Shown: positions 18,184-33,574 of the stretch, in pieces
Layout of the letters: the number at the start of each line of letters is the position of its first letter
Position numbering within the stretch: position 1 is the first letter of the stretch
NCBI RefSeq assembly: GCF_009914755.1
Contig: NC_060925.1
Source: the human T2T-CHM13v2.0 reference genome, Homo sapiens
Strand: one strand, 5' to 3'
Length of the DNA: 64,000 nucleotides
Made by a program: the position numbers and the translations under genes
The notes under the pieces: model-generated
Told to the model about the DNA's origin: nothing
Databases searched by the model: none
The model's input: only the letters and a program-made list of their open reading frames with translations

Positions 18184-20696
18184 TTATCATTTCACATTAT
18201 TTCTAGGATATGTGCTACATTAAAGGAGGTGAGTGTGTGTGTTTGGAATAACTTGCACTTTTAAAATTATTTCTCATTTTCTCTCATTTAAACAGTGTAG
18301 TAGTTTAAATCACAAAAATTATTTTTATGCTGCAGCTTAACAGAAGCAAATTTAGAGGGTTTCACGTTATCCTTTATGAAATAGTTTTTATGAAATAACC
18401 CAAATTTTGTTTACTTTCCCCTTCAGTGAAGCAACAAGATATCTGAGAGCAGTTAGAATTATTGTTTTACAATGTGCTAGGGTACAGTAGAGAAAACGGA
18501 GACTTTAGTAAGAATTTCAACAGAAAGGATTTAATATAGGGAGTTGGTTAGATGAGTGTAAAAAAAAAAAAGCGGGGGAGGGGGGAACATTACAGTAATC
18601 AGAACCTAAGAGCTCAGAGAAGAGGTTCTATGGACCCGGTGCTGGACTTTTGAGTAGGTCAGCATTGTGTGCTTGCTGCTAGTACTTATAAAGGCATGTG
18701 TTATTGCTGGTTCTGGGAGAACCACAAAAACCTGGAGACTGGAACCATTTGCTAACTGCCAGGGTCAGGGGCTGCATTTGCTACTGACAGGAACTGGAAA
18801 GATGTCCCGTCTCCCATCTTCCTGTTTTCCAGTCTTCACTTACTGCTGCTATTGGCAAAGCCTAAGGAGATCCCAGCTGGCAAAGGAGTTGATGAAATAT
18901 AGTTGCAGTCTCAGCCATAACAACATAGAGTCTGGGAGGGTAGTTTTGGAGTTGAGAGACAATAAGTAAATGATCTGGACGAATAGTGTAGGTTAAGATG
19001 TAGTAATTTAAATAGGGAATTCTGTGTTAACGTTGCCTTTCAAAAAGTATTTATCTTCTGTATGCCAGACCCTGTGCAAGGGATTAGGAATAGAAAAATG
19101 AATCGAAAAAGGTCTTTGTCCTTGAGGAATTTATAGTGTAAGTGGCAATGACAAACTACTGTACAGTGTTTTCAGTGCAATAGCAAATGAGTGCTATGTT
19201 TTGGGAGCCCAAAAGACAGCAACCAACTTGCCTCTTCTCTGCCTACCTAACTTTATAACTACTCTTTTTATCTTCTATCCTGATTAAATCCAATTTCATT
19301 CTTTCTGACTGCTATGTTCAACCCAACTCCTGTGAAAGCTTTTTCTGAGATGTCTCAATTTCGTCACATAATTATTATTTTGTATTTCTCTGTGCTTTAT
19401 TCATCTAGATTATAAAGACCATTGCTTTCTTTGCACTTTTAGCTTAGTACTGTGCACATAGATACTTGAGAAATACTTTTTTCAGTGGCTGATGGAAATA
19501 AAATATTGATCATTACCTTTTTAGACATCATTTCTTCCTTCCAAGGTCATTAGAAAATAGTTTGGGTAAAGTGTTACTTGATTTTACAGATAGAAAAATT
19601 GAAAGGGTAAAATAGTAAATTTAAACTGCATAGTACCAATAGGTGATCTAAAAATGGGGCTTTGGATTTCTGATCAGCTATCTTTCAGAGCCAGCAATTT
19701 TGACAGGCATTCCTTTTGATGGCTAAATAAAATTCTCTCCTACTTCTTAGTATTTTATAAACTGATGTTCTCAATCTCAAGGTATTTCGGTGTGGGATGG
19801 GGAGAAATTCCTCATTTCAGTTCCCAAAAATAAAACATTATGTAGTTTCTTAATTGTCCACTCTTTGTTGTCTTTTTTTCTCCTTCCTGTATTGATGACC
19901 ACTACCTCTATTCGCTATTGCGAAATGTGCAAATCGACAGTACTTCATTTTGACTTTTTAGAAGTGTTCTGCTTGTTTCCCACACCATTCACACACTATG
20001 TTGATTTACTTTAAAACCAACTAATTCTTCACTTAAAAAAAAAGATGTATGCCTCCATGCCAGTAATTGCATTAAACCCTCACTATTTACACTGTTTGCT
20101 ATATAGAGTCTTATTCAGTCTGGGACGGCTGTCTTGGAACCCAGCCAAATGTTTTCTAGAAGGCTTTACTGTATTACAGAAGGGGTAGTATTGTGTATAG
20201 TAGGAGTTGCAGAATTGAATGCAGGAGACTTGGTTTCTAGGTCTGGTTCCACTACTAGCAAGATTCTTGGCCTTTCTGAGTCTCTTTTCTTTTGTTAAAA
20301 AAAATAAAAAATGCCAGCCTCACTGACTTTACAGATTATTTGAAAAGATATAAGAAGTAATGTACGTAAAGCGGTCTTTGTAAAGAGTAAAGCACATGGT
20401 AAGTTTAAGGGGTGTATGTGAAGAAAAAAGTGAGAGTGAGATCCATTGGTCCCTGGCTTGGATCCTGGGGATTGTTTTGTGTCTATTTTCAAGTTGTTGA
20501 GTTTCTATATTTAAAAAAGTGTTTAGGGTGGTAATGGGGTGTGGGAGGAGTTGTGGATGTCCTATAACCCTACTTGTCACAAATCTGGTTGGTAGTGCAG
20601 CATTCCCCCTCCTTAACTAATTCTTTTTTTTTTTCATCTTTCAGAATTTTTTATTGAGGTATAACAACTGTATACAAAAATACACACCAATTTTTA

Positions 20697-20860
20697 CATA
20701 TATATACACACATTTTATGTATATATGTATATACATATTATATATACATGCATATATATATGTAAAAATGTGTGTATGTAAAAAGTCGTATTTGTATTTA
20801 TACATATATTTATAATATACATATTATATATACATTTTTACATATATATATATATATGCA
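20697..20860. repeat. (TA)-rich low-complexity repeat
   Basis: Degenerate TA/CA/TG dinucleotide tract. Confidence 0.85.
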
Positions 20861-21164
20861 TGCACCCATGTAACACTTCTCAAATTAAGAAGTGGAACAT
20901 TCTATTACCCAGGAAAGTTTCAGTGTTAGCCTTCCCTGCCAATCCTCTTCCCTCACCTGTGACACCCCCCATTATTTTCCTCCTCGTTTGATCTGACATC
21001 ATGGAATATCTGTTCTTCCTTCAGACCATTTCAGACTCATTCCTTCCTCCCATTCCTCTTCGGAGACCTTTCCTAATAACTGCAGCACTCTTGACCTCTC
21101 CTACCACTAAACCGGAGGTATCCAAAGTAGGGCCAGGCAATCTAGCATGTAACACACAGGTTCC

Positions 21165-21575
21165 TGGCACCGCTATTCATGATACCCAAAAAATGGAAAC
21201 AGCCCAAATGTCTGTCAACAGATGAATGGATAAACACAATGTGGTATAAACTTACAGTGGAATATTATTCAGCCATAAAAAGGAATAAAGTACTGACACA
21301 TGTTACAATGTGGATGAACCTTGAAAATATGCCAAGTGAATGAAACCAGCCACAAAAGGCCACATATTACATGAGTCCATTTCTGTGAAATATCCAGAAT
21401 AGAAAAATCCATAGATTGGTGGTTGCCAGAGGTTTGGGAGATGGGGATGAAACTGCTTAATGGGTAAAGAGTTTTACTTTGGAGTAATGGAAATGTTTTG
21501 GAACTAGGGTTAGTGGCTGCACAAGACTGTGAATGCGCTAAATGCCACTAAATGTTCAATTTAAAATGGTTCATT
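21165..21575 (+). mobile_element. L1MB-like 3' fragment
   Basis: gatgaatggataaac..aatgtggta...ggaatattattcagccataaaaaggaat. Confidence 0.85.
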
Positions 21576-21789
21576 TCACCCCAGTAAGTTTTTTTAAAAA
21601 ATGAGGTGACCATCGTTTTAGGTGAGCTGAAAAGTTTGAATGAGGCATAGGCTCCTTGAATTTTTAAGCTGTGAAGTGCTGGGCAAATATCAGCTGGGGA
21701 TGCTGAAGGAAGGAACAACCAGAGGGTCAGCAAGTGTGGCTTCAAAGCTCTGCCTCAAGTAATGACGGTGATAATAAGAGATGGCTGTA

Positions 21790-22030
21790 CTACAGCTACA
21801 GTGCTTAATATGAGCCAGGCACTGTTATAGGTACTTTACATCTAAAACTTACTAAATCCTTAAGAACTCTAAGAGGTGGTATGACATCACATTTCCATTA
21901 TAGACAAGGAAACTGAGGAATTAAGAAGTTTAAATGAGGTCTCCAAGACACAGGAAATGACATAGTCCACATTTGAACCTAGGCAAGTCAGGCTCTAGAC
22001 ATTGAAGTCTCAACCACCAGGCTCTGCTCT
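21790..22030. mobile_element. MIR
   Basis: gagccaggcactgtt...gacaaggaaactgagg...atttgaacctagg core. Confidence 0.7.
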
Positions 22031-22214
22031 AGGAACTCTCCAGGTTTTATCTCATTTAATCCTTTATTAAGGAAGGTATTATTGTTATTATTCCCATAAA
22101 AAAATCCCCTTCATAGTCTCCCCACATTCCATGCCTTCTAGTTTTCCCCCTACATTTATTTTTATGTTGATCCACATACTCCTGTCATTATTTTCTCACT
22201 TTGCTTCATTTTCC

Positions 22215-22580
<366 letters not shown>

Positions 22581-23079
22581 TAGAAGGCAGGGATTTTAAT
22601 TACTGTTGATTTCCCAATATCCAAAACAATGTGTGGTACGTAATAGGCTCTCAATAAATATCTAAAAGGAGTAGTGCACGTGACATTAAGTAGTATTAGG
22701 TCTTGTGTGCCTGTGTTTTAATAAATAAGATTATATAATGTGCAGTGTTCTGCTTTTTAAACTTAATGTCTTGTATTAAAAAAAAAAGTCACTACCTAGA
22801 TGTAGCTCATTCTTGGATGGATGTTAGTAACCCGGATTGAATGTAGCAGCGTTCACTTAACCAGTTTCCTGTTAATCTACATTCCCCCCCCACCCAGTGT
22901 TTCTCTAGCACGCAAACAATATGGCATTAAACATCTTCACAAATGACTTTTGTATATGTGTACTTATTCTTTATAACTAGTGTCTAGAAGTGAAACTGCC
23001 GGGAAAAAGGATATATACTTTAAAAACGTCTGTAGGTAATGCCAAGTTTTACTCTAATTATCCACTCCTGGTAGAGCTG

Positions 23080-23890
23080 CTAGGGCACGCAACGGGTTTC
23101 AATATGCCTTGGACTAAACTGGACATTATCATTCATTCTTTTTGCTAATCTGATGGCGGAAAACGAACCCCCAGTTTACAGGTAAGGAAATGGCGGCTTA
23201 AGTTCAGAACTGTTCACATACATAACCGGCAAGTGGCAGAGCCGTGTTTTGGCATCAGAAGCGACTCCGGAGAGGACGTGTCAAGGCTGGACACTGTGCT
23301 CTGTGTCCTGGGGCACGTCTGGTGATAGCTGGGCCTTGCAATACTGGCAAGCAGGCCTTCTTCTCCCATCTGGGTCTCTGGCCCCTCCGGGCCGGCCAGA
23401 CGCCGGCTCTTCTCCATTACGAGCGCTCTTCCTGAGAGCGGGTTCCTCAGCTCTGAAATGGCGGCCGCCAGGACCCCGAGGCCACGCCTCTAGAGGCGGG
23501 GCCTGAATTCCTAAATAATTGTCTTTCAAGATTGACATGTCGCCTCAGTTTCTTTTTAATCTTTCTTTGTGGGTTTTTTAAAATTTTTTATTATTTTTTT
23601 CAGTTTTAAGACAGGGTCTCTTTCGCCGGGGTTGGAGTGCAGTGGCGCGATCTCAGCTCACTGCATCCTCCGCCTGCCGGGGTCAAGCGATCTTGCCACC
23701 TCAGTTTCCTGAGTAGCTGGGACCACAGGCGGGCGCCGCCACGCCCGGCTATTTTTTTTCTATTTTTGGTGGAGACAAGGTTTCTCCATGTTGCCCAGGC
23801 TGGTCTGGAACTCCTGAGCACAAGCAGTCCGCCTGCCTCGGCCTTCCAGAGTGCTAGGATTACAGGCATGAGCCAATGCACCTGCTGTTT
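23080..23890. promoter_or_regulatory. Small intronic CpG-rich islet (candidate regulatory element)
   Basis: About two dozen CpGs in 23080-23545, two AAATGGCGGC motifs, a GC box at ~23493, and an adjacent CpG-retaining Alu. Confidence 0.55.
23575..23885 (-). mobile_element. Alu (AluJ-like), unusually CpG-rich
   Basis: Antisense dimer with about 14 CpGs. Confidence 0.88.
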
Positions 23891-24029
23891 CTTTTCACCA
23901 AGGTTGCATGTGTTGATTGTATCTTGAGAGAACACCCCAAAAGTTTCATTACACATGTAGGAACAAAACTATCACTTTGCAGATTGTTTAAATGACTAGG
24001 GCTTTAGGGAATAGGGAAAGTATGCTCTG

Positions 24030-24609
<580 letters not shown>

Positions 24610-25035
24610 GTAGTTTCGTTTTATATGAGAGTTATATCAGATTCAGAAAATCTCTGCTTTTAAAAATATACTTGGTAAGATTGGAAGTTATATCTGTTGT
24701 TTAGTTTTATGAACCTATCCTTTTGTCCTTGATCTTAAAATTTTTAGTTAGCATATTTGTGAAGAAAACAGGGCTCTTTGAATTAGTGCAAAAGTGCTTT
24801 TTTTTAATGTAGATAGCTGTGGGGTGCTATCCTCTAGTAACATTTCCTCAAATAATTGTAAAGTAATGTATGTTTTTAAAGGCTCTCAAATATTAAAGTA
24901 CTATCTAGAATAGTAAATCTAAATTTCTTTATTCTTAATGTTAGAATTGTTACAGTTGCATTGAAATGTAGGTCCCATTTATCAGTTTGGATTGCTCTGT
25001 GATGATTTGTTAGTCTTCTGAAATATTTTTTTCAG

Positions 25036-25073
25036 GAGTTCTCCATTACTTGAAGAGTTCTCCATTACTTGGA
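25036..25073. repeat. Tandem duplication, 19-bp unit x2
   Basis: gagttctccattacttgaa followed by gagttctccattacttgga. Confidence 0.85.
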
Positions 25074-25237
25074 AAGATAATATTACAGTTGTGTATAGTG
25101 TAGATAACATTATTAATGTCAGTTTAATTTGTTCTGAAAGCTTTTGGGTAATCTTTGGAATAATTGATTTAGGAAAATTAAGACAATATTGGTTTGCCAG
25201 TGAAAAAAAATTTTACAAGATAAATTATCCATCATTC

Positions 25238-25688
<451 letters not shown>

Positions 25689-25914
25689 TGAATAAAATAG
25701 TATTCAGTTGTTGCTTTATTCATTTTTAAAATTTATTTTTTAAATTTAGGAAATTGAAGAAGTAGGAAAAAATGCTTTTGGTACTTAATCAGTCTTATAT
25801 TTTGCTCTATTTTCCTTTGGAAATAAATTTTAGATTTTGGTTTGATTTTGTTTAAAACATAGTTTTAACTGTATTTTATATGTAGATCTAAATTTATGTG
25901 TGTTTTAAAACCTG

Positions 25915-26215
25915 GGCTGGGTGCGGTGGCTCATGCCTGTAATCCAGTACTTTGGGAGGCAGAAGCAGGAGGATCACTTGAGACTAGGAGTTCAAGACCA
26001 GCCTGGGCAACATAATGAAACCCTGTCTCTATAAAAAAGAAAAATAAAATTAGCTGGGTGTGGTGGTGCACACCTGTAGTCCCAGTTACTAGGCAGGCTG
26101 ATGTGGGAGGATTGCTTGAACCCAGGAGTTGGAGGCTGCAATCAGCCATGATCACACTGTTTCACTCTAGCCTGGGCAACCCTGTTTCAAAAAATAAATA
26201 AATAAATAAATAAAA
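25915..26215 (+). mobile_element. Alu (AluJ-like)
   Basis: Sense dimer with an (AAAT)n tail. Confidence 0.9.
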
Positions 26216-26618
26216 TCTAAATATAATTAACATTTTCTGTGCCATAGCTAGTTTGTTAACATTTTTAATGATTAATATTTTAGGTGTATGAACCATAGTA
26301 TATTTAATCATTTCATTGTGGTTCGTTTATAAGTTTTTTTTAAGATTTGTATTTATGTTCATGATAAGCACGTCCATTATTCATGTGGCGGTGGGATGGA
26401 AGTAAAGCAGTACCTGTTGTCCCCGTAAGTTTACCTTTCCAAGAATGAATCTGTAGCTGTCTTTGATGGCAGTAGCTTGTTGTGCAGTAGAGCTGAAGAA
26501 AACAAGGAATGAAAGAAGATAGCCTGTTTCCCCATTTAGGCTTGAGAATTCTTTTTTAGGTAGTGCAGGGCATATGTTCTTGACCTTCAGTCCAGGAGTG
26601 TCTAAGGATCCACAAATA

Positions 26619-27251
26619 CAGTCATCCGTCTGTATCCATGGTTTCGTATCCTTGGATTCAACAGACTGCAGGTGGAAAATTACTCTAAAGGGGAAAAAAA
26701 AAAAAAACAGTAAAACAGTTCAAAAATAATACAAATTTTTGGCCAGGCAAGGTAGCTCATGCCTATAATCCCAGCACTTAGATGGATGGGTCACTTGAGC
26801 CCAGATGTTTGAGACCAGGCTTGGCAACATGGTGAGACCCTGTCTCTACAAAAAATACAAAAATTAGCCGGGCTTGGTGGTGCACACCTATAGTCTCAGT
26901 TACTCAGGAGGTTGAGGTGGGAACATCACCGGAGCCTGGGAGGGTTGAGGCTGCAGTGAGCCTTGATTGCGCCTTTGCATTCCAGCATTGCTGACAGAGC
27001 GATACCCCATCTCAGATAATAATAGTAATACAAATTTTAAAGATGCAGTCTAGCAACTAGTTACATAGCATTTATATTGTATTAGGTAGTATAGGTAATC
27101 TAGAGATGATTTAAAGAATATCAGAGGATGTGTGTAGGTTATGCAAATATTACCCCATTTTATTTATGTAAGGGATTTGAATATCTGTGGCTTTTGGTGT
27201 CTGTGGTGTGCGGGGTATCTTCAGAACCCCATGGATACTCAGGGAGGACTG
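26619..27251. mobile_element. MER2/Tigger3-family element with an Alu (26741-27015, +) inserted
   Basis: TA-cagtcatccgtc...ggaggactg-TA termini; Alu TSD aatacaaattt. Confidence 0.8.
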
Positions 27252-29724
27252 TACTCTGTAATTTTGTGTGCATGTGCTTTTGTATGTCTTTTTTTCTCCC
27301 AGAGGTGAGAGTTCCTTACTTTCATCAGATTCTTAAGAGGAATGTAGACCCAGAAAAGTTAAAAACCATGGACCTAACAGGAATTTTGTTAAAAGTGGAA
27401 GTAGAGGGAAAACTGTAAAAAGTATTTGAAACAGTATCTGTTGTCTTGAATTAATGTTGGTTTTCCTTCCTCTTTATTGTTCGGTAATGTGGAATGAGTT
27501 TTGCTTTTGAGAGAATGGATTTTGCTACTTTAACTACTTAAGTTTTTCTTTATTGTGTTATGGTTTTCTCTTTTTAATATTGATTATTTGAAGAACTCAC
27601 ATTAAGATTATCAAAGTCTAGTTGCTTATAAGTAGCTTTGCCCTAATGGGCATTTCGGTATATGTATTTTTATTGTTTGGAGCTCTTTGCAATATTTCCA
27701 GAGCAATAGATTTTTTTAGATATCACTTAAAACGTGCTCATTTTATAGATAAAGAGGTTTAGGTCTGTATATTGACTTGGTTAAAGTCATGTTGATTTCC
27801 AGTATATATGAAGTGTGCCATACTTTTGCTGCTTTTGTGAACCTAAATATTGTGCTAATTTTAGATTTATCAGAGCTATAAAACTTCTACTAGTTTCTGG
27901 TTTCTTGTTCTAGCTTCCTCTTCCTGGTCCCTGGCTTTCTTTCAGCCTTTGAAACCTCTGGAGCTACTTCTGCCAGGATTAAGCTTTTTTGTTGCAAGTT
28001 GCAGAAATCTGGCGACAAGGCCAGAAGAGAAGAGAGAGATTAAGTTAGTCTACCTTTTGGAATTGTTTCAAGAATGAAAAATGAGAATAGAAGTCTCCTG
28101 AATCCCAGTCTGGATTAAAAAAAAAAAACCTCCGTAATAGTTTTTCTTTTTCTTTTTCTGCAAAAGAAAATCTACCTATGTGACGGGGGACACAGGAAAC
28201 ACATTCTTTGCTTATCTGTTCTTGGCTATTTTTGCCTTAAAACTGCTAAAAATCTGTGCCTTATTGTAATATGGTAACAGTAATAGTGGGAGTTGAAATA
28301 CTGAGGGAAAAAAGTACCGAGTCCATATCACCTTCTAGAACATAACTTTTACGTAGCTGTCCTTGTAGCGCAGATGCAAATTAGTGTTATCTCTAATCAC
28401 ATTACAAGTACTTCCAGTCATTACATATGGTATTAATTGTTATATTTAACGACTGGAAAAGTGTCCTGGTTGCAGCAGACATCTTCATGTTAATGGCATT
28501 ATTGTTGTAGTAGCAGTAGTAATAATCATATGTTTGGTTGGGGGCTAAGAGCATGGCCTTCTCACTCAGACCTGGGTTTGAGTCTTGCCTCTGACATTTA
28601 CTATGAGACCATTAAGCACGTTAATAGCATTATTTTCCACAACTGGGATTACTTGGACAAAGAATATGAAAATTATATTTTTATCTCTAGAAATGAATTC
28701 CTTAGCTGGTTTTTGAATGGGTTATTCCAGTTCCTGTTAGAAGAGTGTAGAGGTATTAGCCTTCAACTTTTCTCTCTCATCTTTCTGAATCTGATTATTT
28801 TCTTAGGTCTCTACCTGACCACAGATTTAATTTGCCAACAGACTGTGGCCTTCCCAGAAAAGTAGAACTTGTTAGTATATTTCCATTGACACAAGGGAAT
28901 GTTACTGTGACTTCTTGCGTTGCCACTTGCTAAAGCTAACATTGGAACTTGATGAACATTTCTCTACCCAGGAAAGGATAACAATCTTGGAATATACCAC
29001 TTTGCAGAAGCTGCTGACTTATGCTGTGGCATATGAGGCCCTGGACTAAGAGTCAGTAGTTAGACTTCTCTTTTTGGTTTGTCTTTAATTCAGATCTGTG
29101 TAAATCTTTTAGCTTTGCTTTATGCCTTAGTTGTGTTTCACATATCCCTCACAAAGATACAGATAACTGATCTGTATCATTAAGTCTACAGGTTTATTTA
29201 TTGGGGCCAGTCATGTGTGGTGTCAGCATAGAGTGGCAGTCAACAGTCAGTAGTAACCTGGATACTGCCACCACATAAGTATACTCCCTTGTTTAGAGGT
29301 TCCTATTATCTGAGTAGGGATATGAACTGAAGTTGGTAGTTTCCCTTGCTCACTTAAGGACTCAAAATTTTTCTGTTCTGCTTAGGAAATTATTGACATT
29401 CTTTGTTTCTCTTGGTCTGAGGGCACTCGGAGAATTAAAGGTAGTCCTTTATAAGAATGTGATGAATTTAGTGTAGAGTTGATATGTGTTCAGGACTGAG
29501 AGCCTGGGTTATGCCAAAGTCTGAGGTTTAGTTGACTAATGGGTCACTAGATTTAAATAAATTGGATGAATCAGTAGACTGGAAACCCTTTGGCAAGCAG
29601 AGGTTGAAACATCCTTGGAGAAGATGAAAAAATCTAGCCTGGCAGATGAGAACCAGGAGGAATGAGTACCAGTGTAAGGAATATGTCTTGTCAGAGGGAC
29701 AGACAGTTAAGAATTGAGGAAACA

Positions 29725-30250
<526 letters not shown>

Positions 30251-31539
30251 TAAAAGGGGAAAAAAAAAGGGAAACAGAAATGAAAGCTTCTGATCTCAGG
30301 CAGAAACCAACCCACCAAACAAAAAAAAACACACAAGATCACAAAACCCCGAATGTGCAGCCTTTAGCACCAAGGCCAACAGTATAGAGGAAAACGATAG
30401 CTAGCTCATTGTTTCAAATACATATGCAATTATGGCAGGTGGATGTGGAGAAGTATGGAACTAGCTATTCTCTTTAAGACAGAGTGGGAAAAAAACGGCA
30501 GGAATCATTAGCTATGACTTGGGGGAAGCTAGATGTGTGAATTTTAATATGCAGTATACCTCTTTTTGACTTAGAAGATAAAAGATTAGAGGAAACAACT
30601 GGTTGCTGGCTGAAGTATTCAAGTTGAAAGACATTGCTAAAGGTAGAGTATTTTCTTAGCTCAGGAGAACAAGACTGTTTTTAGGCAATGTACTGTCAGA
30701 AACATTTAGCATGCTTTGATCCACAGAATATTACAGTTTAGAGAGCTCTTGATGCTACTTAACATAAAGGTTTAAATTTACAAATGAGGAAACTGGACCC
30801 TCAGCTATAAGTGACCAGCCCTGTGGTTCACCCAAGAATCTAGAAGCAGTGCTTCTTTACCATTCACGTGTATTTGTATAATAGAAAATTTGTGCTTACT
30901 CCTGTTTCAGTAACCAGTATTCCTGTAATCAAGTTATCTCCACCTTGTAGCAGCAAATATTTTACAAGGCTGAGTACAAACATGGAAGAAAACTGCTAGG
31001 GAGAACTTTTAACTGCTTTTGAGGAAGAAAGAGGCAGGTAGCTTTGTGACAGTTGTGTTGCTTTTTCAAAGGCAGCTGTGGGGATAGTGTTCTCATTGCC
31101 ATGTTCATATTTTGTAACCTTATTAAGGAATTTATACACTGTGTATACCTGAATCAGGCAATCATTTATTGTTGACAGTGTAGGAAGTTATAGTGTATTA
31201 AGCTCATGTTTTACAGTTTTCAGATAGACACACATGCATATTATATACACATAAAATATATGTGTATATATTCACATATACACATATTTCTCTCTCTTTT
31301 CCCATCTTTGTCATGAATTAGAAGATAGCATGCTAACTTATCAGTGGAGAAGAGAGAACTAAACAATGATGTTGGGAAACTTGCCCATTACATGGAATGG
31401 AGTAGCTAGAACCTATCCTCTTTACATGTAAAAAAAAATTGCAAGAAAGTATAGGTGGTTGTTTTTTATAATTTTAGAGTATGGCTTCCAAAGATGCCAT
31501 AGAAGAAAAGTACATTAAAAATATATAAAAGATAAAAGT

Positions 31540-32070
31540 TATGTACTGAAGAAGTCAAAGACAAAAGACAAAGCAGCAAACTGGGGAAAATTAACACTCA
31601 TGACAGACAAAAGGTCAATTTCCTTAAAAGAAGGAGTTCTTACAAGTTAACTTAAAAAAAAAACCTGACAGAAATGGATATAAATAATTGGTAGACCTCC
31701 CCCCCCCAAAAAAAAGGCCAATAAAGCTGTGAAAAGATACTGTTTCACTCATGATTGAGGCTTGCCAATTAAAACAACAAAGAAGTATCATTTCCCTCCC
31801 ACTTATCAGATTGGGCAGGGTTTTTTAAAAAAATGTTGCTCTTCCCTAATTGGTAGAAATGTAAGTTGGTATAATAATTTAGCAGTATTTGTCAGAATAA
31901 AAAAATGTACTTGCCCTTTGATCCAGTAATTCCACTTCTAGGAATTTGTCCTGGACAACTTTTTGCCAAGGGTAACTTCTTACTGTTAAAGTTAGCAAAA
32001 TATACACTAAACCTGTAACTGTAAATGAGTGAATTCTGAGCAATGTCTTTATTTGGGGAAGTACCATTTG
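31540..32070 (+). mobile_element. Old L1ME-like fragment
   Basis: ccctttgatccagtaattccacttctaggaattt and related motifs. Confidence 0.65.
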
Positions 32071-32129
32071 GAAATGCCAGATGTTTCTTAGGTCACTGAA
32101 ACAGTAATTTTTACACAGAATACGTAGAA

Positions 32130-32310
32130 TAGTGGTTCTCAAAACTGGCTGCACATAAAAACCATTTGGCTGGCTTTTAAACTGGGGGTGGATGAGGGGT
32201 AAAGATACTGATTCAGTGAGTCTGAAATGCAACCTTGGTATCAGAATTGTTTAAAATTTCATCCAGATGAAAGATGATTCCTTATATATAGCCAGATTTG
32301 AGAACTACTT
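32130..32310. mobile_element. MER5A-like hAT MITE
   Basis: agtggttctcaaa ... tttgagaactact inverted termini. Confidence 0.75.
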
Positions 32311-32454
32311 CTCTAGAGGAAGACTCTTTTCCTGTGAGTGCATTTAGTTTTCTTTTGGCAGAAGATAAGACTATTGAGCAAATAAACCGAAGTTCGCATT
32401 TTTTGTCACCTTCTCCCACTCTTACCATCTTCTGGTAATTAGGGTTCAACTGGT

Positions 32455-32985
32455 GTATAAGTTTCATATAGTTGCTGTAACAAATTACCAAAATGTAGTA
32501 ATTTGAAACAACACAAACTTACTATTTTACAGTTCTGGCAGTAAGAAGTCCAAAATGAGTCTTACGGGATTGAAATTAAGGTGTTGGAAGGTCTGTGACG
32601 TTTCTGGAGTCTCTAGGGGAGAATTCATTTTCTTTCATTTTCTAACTTCTGGAGGTTACCTGCATTCTAATTTGCAGCCCCTTCTTCCATCTTCAGGCCA
32701 GCTTCCCAGTGTCTTAGATTGCTCTCTTGGACTACTACCCTGGCCTACTTCATCACAGCTTCTTTGACTCTGCTTCTCACATCACATCGCTTTGTCTGCC
32801 TCTTAAGGACCTTTGCAGTTACATTGTGCCAAACCTGGATAATCCAGGATAATCTCCCCATCTTAAGAGCTGTAATTTAATTGTATTGGCAAAGTCCATT
32901 TTGCCATGTAAGGTTAACATGCACAAATTCTGGGGATTAGGACGTGGACACCTTTGGGGACCTATTATTCACACTGCCATAGTTA
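32455..32985 (-). mobile_element. MaLR LTR (MLT1C-like)
   Basis: gctgtaacaaattacca...ttttacagttctgg...ggattaggacgtggaca. Confidence 0.8.
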
Positions 32986-33299
32986 GAGACTTAATTCAGA
33001 AGGGCATTTAAAATTAACAAATGGAATATTTCAATCTGTCTTAAATTTATATCATATTCTAGCCCTAAATAAATTAGCTTCTATATAGTAAGTTATGATT
33101 AATGTTTATTACCTCAGGAACAATCTTCAATTTCTACTTTATTCTTAGGAATGTAGGTTGGATAGGATAGGATAGCTAGTCTTATTGCACCAATAATAAT
33201 AGCTATTGTTTATTCTTCATAGAATCCTACAGAATAGGTACTTTATTTCAACACTGGCAGGATTTCATACTCTGATTTTTTTGGTAATGCTTTGGATAG

Positions 33300-33562
33300 T
33301 CTAGATGGTCTCCAATTTACAGTGGTTCGACTTACGATTTTTCAACTTTACAGTGGTACAAAAGCAATATGCATTCAGCATGCTCCTTGACTTGTGATGG
33401 GGCTGCATCTGGATAACCCATCTTAAATTGAAAACATTGAAAGTTGAAAACACTTTAAGCTTATATTTTCAACTTACTGTGGTTTCACTTTAGACTTAAG
33501 ATATTTTCAATTTTTGATAGGTTTATTGGGATGTAACCCCATGTAGGTCAACGAGCATCTTT
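33300..33562. mobile_element. Tigger5/MER47-like DNA element fragment
   Basis: ggttcgacttacgatttttcaactttac...gtaacccc..gtaggtcaacgagcatct. Confidence 0.65.
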
Positions 33563-33574
33563 ATTGTTATCTTA

